20,383 bases of DNA, taken from [Scytonema hofmanni] UTEX 2349. Lineage in GTDB: Bacteria; Cyanobacteriota; Cyanobacteriia; Cyanobacteriales; Nostocaceae. Below, in pieces: positions 14,825 through 20,383 of this stretch (the first letter of the stretch is position 1; each line of letters opens with the position of its first letter). Where the stretch lies: assembly GCF_000582685.1 (NCBI RefSeq), contig NZ_KK073768.1, positions 3,905,345 through 3,925,727 of the forward strand, given 5' to 3'. Made by a program: the position numbers and the translations under genes. The notes beneath the pieces are model-generated. The model made no database searches, was not told where the DNA came from, and saw only the letters and a program-made list of their open reading frames with translations.

Positions 14825-15064
14825 ATGTCTACTGAATATCACGTTAAACTCATTCAAGAAGGTAATATTCAAACCTTACCCATTCCCAAAGAATTAACTT
14901 TATCAACTTCAGAAGTTATCATCCGACAAGAAGAAGGAAAACTTATTATAGAACCCTACAGGAAAAAATCTCTCCTGGAAGTCTTCGCCAACCTTGATGA
15001 TATTGACGAAGAATTTTCCGATGTTGACGAAGGACTATTACCGTTAGATGACATTGAAATTTAA
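14825..15064 (+). CDS. vapB: VapB-type antitoxin (AbrB/SpoVT-like fold)
   Basis: ATG 14825 is preceded by AAGGAG. VKLIQEGNIQTLPIPKELTLSTSEVIIRQEEGKLIIEP, plus an acidic C-terminal tail DDIDEEFSDVDEGLLPLDDIEI. Its stop lies 1 nt before the PIN gene ATG. Confidence 0.7.
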   Translation: MSTEYHVKLIQEGNIQTLPIPKELTLSTSEVIIRQEEGKLIIEPYRKKSLLEVFANLDDIDEEFSDVDEGLLPLDDIEI

Positions 15065-15065
15065 A

Positions 15066-15476
15066 ATGTATTACTGTTACTTACTCGATACCAATACACT
15101 ATCGGACTTTATTAGACATCCAACAGGTAAAATTTTTTCTAAAATTAGAGAAGTTGGATAAGAAAAAATTTGCACCAGTATCATTGTTGCTTGTGAACTC
15201 CAATTTGGCGCAGAAAAAAAGAACTCACTTAGATTGAAAGAGCGTATTTCCTTGGCTTTAGACATGATTCCTATATTATCATTAACGAGCAATGTAGAGT
15301 ATCATTACGCTAAAATTCGGACTTATTTAGAAAGTCAAGGAACGCCCATAAGTAGTAATGATTTATTAATTGCTGCTCATGCACTCAATCTAAATCTAAC
15401 CGTAGTTACAAACAATGTTCGTGAATTTTCCCGTATACCCAATTTAAAAGTAGAAAACTGGCTGAACCCAAATTAA
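15066..15476 (+). pseudogene. vapC: VapC (PIN-domain) toxin gene interrupted by an in-frame TAA at 15159-15161 (codon 32)
   Basis: Hand translation gives MYYCYLLDTNTLSDFIRHPTGKIFSKIREVG*EKICTSIIVACELQFGAEKKNSLRLKERISLALDM..., continuing in the same frame into track ORF 15234-15476 (...SNDLLIAAHALNLNLTVVTNNVREF). The LLDTN, ACE, NDLLIAAHA and TNN PIN motifs are split across the stop. Confidence 0.75.
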
Positions 15477-15485
15477 ACTAACTCT

Positions 15486-15653
15486 TACTACAATCGAGGG
15501 CTTGCTTACAAAAATAAAGGCAGTCTAGACTTGGCTTTAAAAGACTTCAAGAAAGTCCTGGAATTAAATGATAATGTTGAACATGGTAGAAGTCTTGAAC
15601 CTGTTTTGCAAGTTCTTTGTAATGGAGAAGAACACTTAAGATACATTCAATGA
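15486..15653 (+). pseudogene. startless chimera: TPR-repeat fragment (YNRGLAYKNKGSLDLALKDFKKVLELNDN) fused in frame to a duplicated hxlR 3' end (GRSLEPVLQVLCNGEEHLRYIQ*)
   Basis: Hand translation. No start codon follows the vapC stop. The junction at ~15582/15583 coincides with the start of the right direct repeat. Confidence 0.55.
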
Positions 15654-15851
15654 ACATTTAAATATGCGATCGCTTGCTGAAATTAACGATAAAAAGACAA
15701 CGATAAAAAGACGTAGCACTGCTACGTCTAATCAAGGGTTTCGGGCAACGCATAATTAGTTTCTACTAAAGAGTGTCTACTGGGAACAAGCGCTCTTACT
15801 CTTAAATATGTAATATTTTTATAGTTGCAATCTTTAATAATGTTAATATCT
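15583..15851 (+). repeat. right copy of the ~260-bp direct repeat, ending 1 nt before the sdhA ATG
   Basis: See 14498-14755. Contains the hairpin AGACGTAGCA-C-TGCTACGTCT at 15709-15729. Confidence 0.92.
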
Positions 15852-15852
15852 T

Positions 15853-17580
15853 ATGCTTGAACATGATGTGATTATTATCGGTGGGGGATTGGCTGGATGT
15901 CGGGCAGCAGTGGAAATTGCCAGAACCGATCCTAGCTTGAATGTGGCTGTGGTGGCGAAAACTCACCCGATTCGTTCCCACTCGGTAGCTGCCCAAGGTG
16001 GGATGGCAGCGTCGCTGAGAAACGTGGATACAGAAGATAGCTGGGAAGCACACGCTTTTGATACAGTCAAGGGTTCCGATTATTTAGCAGACCAAGACGC
16101 GGTAGAAATTCTTACCCGTGAAGCACCAGATGTAGTAATCGACTTGGAACACATGGGTGTTTTATTCTCCCGCTTAAATGATGGTCGCATTGCCCAACGC
16201 GCTTTTGGCGGACATTCTCACAATCGTACTTGCTACGCTGCCGATAAAACCGGTCACGCAATTTTACACGAATTGGTGAACAACTTGCGGCGTTACGGTG
16301 TGCAAATTTATCAAGAATGGTACGTAATGCGCCTGATATTAGAAGAAGGTCAGGCGAAAGGTGTAGTCATGTACCACCTTTTGGATGGGGAAATAGTCGT
16401 AGTCCGGGCTAAGGCGGTGATGTTTGCTACAGGTGGCTATGGTCGCGTTTATAACACCACTTCTAATGATTACGCTTCTACGGGTGATGGTTTGGCAATG
16501 ACTGCGATCGCTGGTTTGCCACTGCAAGATATGGAATTTGTCCAATTCCACCCCACTGGATTATATCCCGTTGGGGTGCTAATTTCGGAAGCAGTGCGGG
16601 GGGAAGGAGCTTATTTGATTAATAGCGAAGGCGATCGCTTTATGGCGAATTACGCACCTAGCCGCATGGAACTTGCTCCTCGTGATATTACCTCACGAGC
16701 GATCGCTTATGAAATTCGCGCCGGTCGTGGTGTTCATCTAGATGGTAGTGCAGGGGGTCCATTTGTCTATCTTGACTTGCGTCACATGGGCAAAGAAAAA
16801 ATTATGAGCCGCGTTCCCTTTTGTTGGGAAGAAGCACATCGCTTAGTTGGTGTTGATGCGGTAACGCAACCGATGCCAGTACGTCCGACAATTCATTATT
16901 GTATGGGTGGTATCCCAGTTAACACCGATGGTCAAGTCCGCAGTAGTGATAAAGGACTTGTTGAGGGCTTCTTTGCCGCTGGTGAGACATCTTGTGTATC
17001 CGTACATGGGGCAAATAGACTTGGTAGTAATTCTTTGTTGGAATGCGTGGTTTACGGAAAGAGAACCGGAAGTGCGATCGCTCGATTTGTCCAAAACCGC
17101 AAGTTACCCACAATAGACGAGCAAAGTTACATCAAAGAGGCAAAGCAACAAATTCAAGCTTTGCTAGATCAACCTGGGCAGTATCGCATTAACCAAGTGC
17201 GTCAAGCCTTCCAAGATTGTATGACAGAATATTGCGGCGTTTTCCGCACCCAAGAATTAATGCGTCAAGGTTTAGAACAAATACAAGAATTACAACAAAA
17301 AGCTTCGCAAATATATTTAGATGACAAAGGCAATTCTTGGAATACAGAAATTGTTGAAGCGTTGGAAACGCGAAGTTTAATGGTGGTAGGGCAAACGATT
17401 CTTTCCTCAGCTTTGAATCGTCAAGAAAGTCGGGGCGCCCACTTCCGTGAAGATTATCCCCAGCGAGATGATGAAAACTTCCTCAGACACACACTAGCTT
17501 ATTATTCTCCGGCAGGAATTGATATTCAATATCGTCCAGTGACGATTACGATGTTTGAGCCAAAAGAGCGGAAATATTAA
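15853..17580 (+). CDS. sdhA: succinate dehydrogenase/fumarate reductase flavoprotein subunit
   Basis: FAD fold [15 protein letters not shown], covalent-FAD histidine context [11 protein letters not shown], then [31 protein letters not shown] and [12 protein letters not shown]. Confidence 0.95.
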   Translation: MLEHDVIIIGGGLAGCRAAVEIARTDPSLNVAVVAKTHPIRSHSVAAQGGMAASLRNVDTEDSWEAHAFDTVKGSDYLADQDAVEILTREAPDVVIDLEHMGVLFSRLNDGRIAQRAFGGHSHNRTCYAADKTGHAILHELVNNLRRYGVQIYQEWYVMRLILEEGQAKGVVMYHLLDGEIVVVRAKAVMFATGGYGRVYNTTSNDYASTGDGLAMTAIAGLPLQDMEFVQFHPTGLYPVGVLISEAVRGEGAYLINSEGDRFMANYAPSRMELAPRDITSRAIAYEIRAGRGVHLDGSAGGPFVYLDLRHMGKEKIMSRVPFCWEEAHRLVGVDAVTQPMPVRPTIHYCMGGIPVNTDGQVRSSDKGLVEGFFAAGETSCVSVHGANRLGSNSLLECVVYGKRTGSAIARFVQNRKLPTIDEQSYIKEAKQQIQALLDQPGQYRINQVRQAFQDCMTEYCGVFRTQELMRQGLEQIQELQQKASQIYLDDKGNSWNTEIVEALETRSLMVVGQTILSSALNRQESRGAHFREDYPQRDDENFLRHTLAYYSPAGIDIQYRPVTITMFEPKERKY

Positions 17581-17596
17581 CATTAGTTTGCATGTT

Positions 17597-17659
17597 GTCA
17601 AGAGTCAAGGGTCAAAAGTTAAGAGTCAAGAGTCAAGAGTCAAGAGTCAAGAGTCAATT
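17597..17659. repeat. STRR-like heptamer tract (GTCAAGA x9, slightly degenerate)
   Basis: gtcaaga gtcaagg gtcaaaa gttaaga gtcaaga x4 gtcaatt, directly after sdhA. Confidence 0.85.
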
Positions 17660-17666
17660 GAAAGAT

Positions 17667-17696
17667 AAAGTATGTTTGCGAACATACTTTTTTTTA
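17667..17696 (+). terminator. rho-independent terminator of sdhA
   Basis: Stem AAAGTATGTT, loop TGCG, stem AACATACTTT, running into a T-run. Confidence 0.75.
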
Positions 17697-17708
17697 TACT
17701 TCATACAT

Positions 17709-17963
17709 TCATCTTTGTTGCAAGAAGTCAAGTTCTAACTCCTCTAGCAAGATTTTTACTAAGTCACCAATGATGACTTTAGCTACCTCATGCTTGGGTA
17801 ATGGCATTCTTATCTCCAAAGTTCCCTGGCTGTAAGCCAACCGAGCGGCTCGATGGTCGCCAAATTCTTCTATAATTGCTTCAAATTCCTGCCAGTTGAC
17901 ATTGTGGAACATGACTCTATGTCCCGGCGGAACACTTAATTGTCGCAATTGAAGTGTTACCAT
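17709..17963 (-). pseudogene. Uma2-family (DUF820) endonuclease, N-terminal ~84-aa fragment
   Basis: MVTLQLRQLSVPPGHRVMFHNVNWQEFEAIIEEFGDHRAARLAYSQGTLEIRMPLPKHEVAKVIIGDLV matches the usual Uma2 N-terminus. Family members are about 190 aa, and the catalytic C-terminal half is missing here. Confidence 0.55.
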
Positions 17964-18034
17964 TATAAACCAATGAAATTTGCGGTTGAGCTTCCAAAAG
18001 CCAGTATGAAATTATCTTAGTATAGTTTTGCATA

Positions 18035-18133
18035 AGAACGAGCGCGTTTTTTAACGCAAAGGAACGCGGAGGGAAGCGCAGAGTGACGCAGAGTTTTTTT
18101 AAGAGGATTCGCTACAAAAAAAGCGCTCGTTCT
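18035..18133. mobile_element. MITE-like element: ~18-bp terminal inverted repeats (AGAACGAGCGCGTTTTTT ... AAAAAAAGCGCTCGTTCT) around a CGCAGAG-rich core
   Basis: The inverted repeats were read directly. The core aacgcaaaggaacgcggagggaagcgcagagtgacgcagag resembles dispersed Nostocales intergenic repeats. Confidence 0.35.
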
Positions 18134-18201
18134 GTACTTAGCTGTATCACTGAAAGGGAGTCTAGAGTAAGCGATCGCACTATTACTAAAATAATGTATA
18201 A

Positions 18202-18300
18202 AATAAGCTTTTCATCTTTATTGAAATTTTTTCCAACTCTGCGATCGCTGGAAATCAACAATATACACTATGTAGCGATGATTGCACTCACCGACAAACT
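18202..18300 (+). repeat. conserved leader, copy 1, preceding the 21-nt array
   Basis: ~90% identical by eye to 19962-20060: aataagcttttcatYtttattgaaattttt...ctgcgatcgctgKaaatcaacaatatacaMtatgtagcgatgattgcactcaccRacaaactt. Contains a HIP1 site. Confidence 0.85.
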
Positions 18301-18301
18301 T

Positions 18302-18490
18302 TAAGCCTTAAGGTTAGAGCATTAAGCCTTAAGGTTAGAGCATTAAGCCTTAAGGTTACAACATTAAGCCTTAAGGTTAGAGCATTAAGCCTTAAGGTTA
18401 GAGCATTAAGCCTTAAGGTTACAACATTAAGCCTTAAGATTAGAACATTAAGCCTTAAGGTTAGAGCATTAAGCCTTAAGGTTAAAGCGA
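18302..18490 (+). repeat. spacerless tandem array 1: nine 21-nt units TAAGCCTTAAGGTTA-NAN-CAT
   Basis: Units start at 18302, 18323, 18344, 18365, 18386, 18407, 18428, 18449 and 18470. The variable triplets in order are GAG, GAG, CAA, GAG, GAG, CAA, GAA (this unit also has a G>A change), GAG, AAG. The last unit merges into HIP1 GCGATCGC (18487-18494). Confidence 0.95.
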
Positions 18491-18496
18491 TCGCTG

Positions 18497-18529
18497 TTGA
18501 CAAGAAGTAAAAGTGCGATCGGTTATAAT
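18497..18529 (+). promoter_or_regulatory. possible promoter of the RHH gene (TTGACA ... TATAAT)
   Basis: Consensus hexamers at 18497-18502 and 18524-18529, but the 21-nt spacer is non-optimal. Confidence 0.3.
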
Positions 18530-18588
18530 AGTGAAGCTCCTATACTTAATAATGTACAATGTGATGTATACATTATTGAACGCAAATT

Positions 18589-18846
18589 GTGTCGAGCAAA
18601 ATTCGCAAGCAGATTTATATAGAACCGCGTCAGGAACATCTGCTAAAAGCGATCGCCCAACAAGCTGGTGTAAGTGAAGCAGAAGTTATTCGCTCGTGTA
18701 TTGACCTTCATCTAAGTGGAATCACTGCACCCCAGATTGATATCGCAGCGTGGGAAGCGGAAAAAGAATTTATAGAACAAATCAAAACTCGACCTGTTAA
18801 ACTTGGAAGTCGAGATTGGCAGCGCCAAGACCTCTATGAACGGTAG
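18589..18846 (+). CDS. ribbon-helix-helix (CopG/VapB-type) antitoxin
   Basis: GTG start. KQIYIEPRQEHLLKAIAQQAGVSEAEVIRSCIDLHL is the typical RHH antitoxin N-terminus. The C-terminal WQRQDLYER tail is typical of partners of PIN toxins. Confidence 0.7.
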   Translation: MSSKIRKQIYIEPRQEHLLKAIAQQAGVSEAEVIRSCIDLHLSGITAPQIDIAAWEAEKEFIEQIKTRPVKLGSRDWQRQDLYER

Positions 18847-18874
18847 GGTTTTAATTGATACGAAGTTGCGCTAA
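18836..18874 (+). pseudogene. stub of a PIN (vapC) toxin gene: MNGRVLIDTKLR*
   Basis: Its ATG overlaps the RHH gene end by 11 nt, as in vapBC operons. The VLIDT signature is present. The frame breaks at ~18862/18863, exactly where homology to the copy-2 hicB upstream region begins. Confidence 0.35.
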
Positions 18875-18906
18875 AATGTACACTATAACAGTGCGATCGA
18901 TTTATC

Positions 18907-19107
18907 ATGAAAATTAAGGCGGTTATCTGGCAAGAAGACGGTGTATGGTGTGCTTCTGTACCTGCCTTACCAGGATGTCACACATGGGGAGAAAGCTACG
19001 AACACTTGTTAGAGATGCTTAAAGAAGCGATCCAGGGTTGGCTTGAAGTTGGTAGCCAGAATGAAGAACTTGAAGCAGATAAACAGTTAATTGAATTATC
19101 TCTATGA
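18907..19107 (+). CDS. hicB: HicB-family (UPF0150) antitoxin-like protein, 66 aa, no DNA-binding extension
   Basis: MKIKAVIWQEDGVWCASVPALPGCHTWGESYEHLLEMLKEAIQGWLE is the characteristic HicB N-domain pattern. A near-identical second copy starts at 20299. Confidence 0.8.
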   Translation: MKIKAVIWQEDGVWCASVPALPGCHTWGESYEHLLEMLKEAIQGWLEVGSQNEELEADKQLIELSL

Positions 19108-19133
19108 AATCCCTTTCCAGCAAAGCTTTATAG
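19104..19133 (+). pseudogene. stub of a hicA toxin gene: MKSLSSKAL*
   Basis: ATGA overlap with the hicB stop. MKS-S-K resembles cyanobacterial HicA N-termini (MKS.SGKE...). It terminates after 9 codons. Confidence 0.3.
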
Positions 19134-19249
19134 CCTTTCCTAGTCTGCTGAGGTACAAATTTATCTGCGTCCATCAGCGTTTATCTATCTTCATCTGCGG
19201 TTAATTCTTTACATCAAGAAAAAGCAAATTGTGTCGAGCAAAAATTGTG

Positions 19250-19594
19250 CTAAATATACAATAATTGATTAGCAATTTCGTCTGCCGTCAAAGTATCAAG
19301 AAGGATGGCAATTCTTTCGACAATTTCATAGGAACTTCTACGTTTAGCAATCAAAATCCCTGCATGATGTTGACTATTAATTAGATAGTTTGTGTGTAAT
19401 TCCTCAAAATCAAGTCGATTATGAGTTAAAATACAATGCCCAATAGATACAGCAAAAGCTAGTTGTGTTTGATCTGGTTCTCCCAACATTTGTTGTTCTC
19501 GTGCTGTCGTTGCATCAAAACCTCTTGCTAAAAGTAAAGTAGCTACGAGAACATCTACATCTTCATCAATATAAACTTGAGCAAAAATCGTCAT
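19250..19594 (-). CDS. DUF5615-family PIN-like protein (putative toxin partner of DUF433)
   Basis: VYIDEDVDVLVATLLLARGFDATTAREQQMLGEPDQTQLAFAVSIGHCILTHNRLDFEELH...HAGILIA. ATGA overlap with the upstream DUF433 gene. Confidence 0.75.
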   Translation of the reverse strand: MTIFAQVYIDEDVDVLVATLLLARGFDATTAREQQMLGEPDQTQLAFAVSIGHCILTHNRLDFEELHTNYLINSQHHAGILIAKRRSSYEIVERIAILLDTLTADEIANQLLYI

Positions 19595-19884
19595 TTTTGA
19601 TTTAATCTAGCTTTAATAGCTGGATGGACTAATTCATCAGGGACATGATTACGCTCGATATATTCATTAATTTCTACTTGATGATCTAAGTAAAAACTCA
19701 AAGCATCAAAGACTTGCGCTAAAGTTAAATGAGGTAAGTGTAGCGGGATTTCTTCTGGTCTAATACCTAAACGCCAATTTTCAACAATTGCTCTCACAGG
19801 GGTTCTAGTTCCCTTAATAATCGGTTCACCTGATAAAATATCAGGCTGTCGGGTAACATAGCGAGAGTTTGTAGTAGTTGTCAT
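19591..19884 (-). CDS. DUF433-domain protein (putative antitoxin/HTH partner)
   Basis: ITRQPDILSGEPIIKGTRTPVRAIVENWRLGIRPEEIPLHLPHLTLAQVFDALSFYLDH is the canonical DUF433 pattern. Confidence 0.82.
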   Translation of the reverse strand: MTTTTNSRYVTRQPDILSGEPIIKGTRTPVRAIVENWRLGIRPEEIPLHLPHLTLAQVFDALSFYLDHQVEINEYIERNHVPDELVHPAIKARLNQK

Positions 19885-19961
19885 ACTAATGAGATTTTTG
19901 GCAGTATCTCTGTTAATCTATCACAGACTAGTACGGCTATGCGAAACTCAAAAGCTTGTAG

Positions 19962-20060
19962 AATAAGCTTTTCATTTTTATTGAAATTTTTCAACTTCTG
20001 CGATCGCTGTAAATCAACAATATACAATATGTAGCGATGATTGCACTCACCAACAAACTT
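19962..20060 (+). repeat. conserved leader, copy 2
   Basis: See 18202-18300. Confidence 0.85.
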
Positions 20061-20249
20061 TAGTCATTAAGGTTAGAACATTAAGCCTTAAGGTTAGAGC
20101 ATTAAGCCTTAAGGTTACAACATTAAGCCTTAAGGTTACAACATTAAGCCTTAAGGTTACAACATTAAGCCTTAAGGTTAGAGCATTAAGCCTTAAGGTT
20201 AGAGCATTAAGCCTTAAGGTTAAAGCATTAAGCCTTAAGGTTAAAGCGA
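20061..20249 (+). repeat. spacerless tandem array 2: nine 21-nt units
   Basis: Units start at 20061 (degenerate: tagtcattaaggttagaacat), 20082, 20103, 20124, 20145, 20166, 20187, 20208 and 20229. The variable triplets in order are GAA, GAG, CAA, CAA, CAA, GAG, GAG, AAG, AAG. The array ends in HIP1 GCGATCGC. Confidence 0.95.
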
Positions 20250-20298
20250 TCGCGTAGTTGCGCTAAAATGTACACCATAACAGTGCGATCAATTTATC

Positions 20299-20383
20299 AT
20301 GAAAATTAAGGCAGTTATCTGGCAAGAAGACGGTGTATGGTGTGCTTCTGTACCTGCCTTACCAGGATGTCACACATGGGGAG
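20299..20383 (+). CDS. hicB: HicB-family protein, second copy (5' part; runs off the right edge)
   Basis: One mismatch in 85 nt compared with 18907-18991. The upstream 45 nt (agttgcgctaaaatgtacacYataacagtgcgatcRatttatc) is also shared. Confidence 0.8.
   Translation, partial: MKIKAVIWQEDGVWCASVPALPGCHTWG

Noticed and set aside
15234-15476. 80-aa ORF as a stand-alone gene.
   Set aside because: It starts at a TTG and is in frame with 15066-15158. It is the C-terminal part of the nonsense-interrupted vapC.
18083-18304. 73-aa plus-strand ORF upstream of array 1.
   Set aside because: It spans the MITE-like element and the conserved leader and has no domain signature. The leader copy at 19962-20060 is not part of an equivalent ORF.
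18302-18490. The tandem array might be a CRISPR locus; the same question applies to 20061-20249.
   Set aside because: The units are contiguous 21-mers with no spacers. Only a 3-nt window varies, the unit is shorter than any CRISPR repeat, and no cas genes are in the window.
18288-18503. 71-aa minus-strand ORF encoding the heptad repeat (LTLRLNA)n.
   Set aside because: Any stop-free frame of a 21-nt repeat stays open automatically, and plus frame 3 is open as well. The start is a TTG in the flanking insertion. In copy 2 the same frame is preceded by an in-frame TAG and has no start codon, and the track lists no ORF there. The coding potential is therefore not conserved.

Overview
This 20.4-kb window looks like a chromosomal segment of a filamentous, probably heterocyst-forming cyanobacterium (Nostocales-like). 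The evidence is the many HIP1 octamers (GCGATCGC), STRR-type heptamer tracts, a devBC-type exporter and a CphB/RcpB-type phytochrome pair. No rRNA, tRNA or CRISPR was recognised.

Layout, left to right:
1. Minus-strand TetR-devB-(two small membrane ORFs)-devC exporter cluster (1-3588).
2. A 9-kb plus-strand light-signalling and phosphorelay cluster (3975-13087). It holds an RcaC-like REC-wHTH-HPt-REC*-REC regulator, a biliverdin-type bacteriophytochrome histidine kinase with its small response regulator, a PAS-PAS kinase, a CheY-like regulator and a REC-PAS hybrid kinase.
3. An ABM monooxygenase and SDR oxidoreductase operon, divergent from an HxlR regulator (13084-14571).
4. A vapB/vapC cassette bracketed by ~260-bp direct repeats (14498-15851).
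5. sdhA (15853-17580).
6. A recombination-scarred accessory patch (17709-20383). It contains a Uma2 fragment, a MITE-like element, orphan RHH and HicB antitoxins with toxin stubs, an intact DUF433/DUF5615 pair, and two copies of an unusual module.

That module is the item I find most novel. It consists of a conserved ~99-bp leader, nine spacerless 21-nt tandem units, a HIP1 site and then a hicB-like gene. I could not assign it to any described class such as CRISPR, a type III antitoxin array, an NsiR1-type array or STRR.

Other notable points:
- A 171-nt in-frame quasi-palindromic purine/pyrimidine repeat insertion sits inside the ATPase domain of the PAS kinase.
- In three toxin-antitoxin modules the antitoxin is intact and the toxin is destroyed.
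- All family assignments come from motif recognition by eye. No searches were run.
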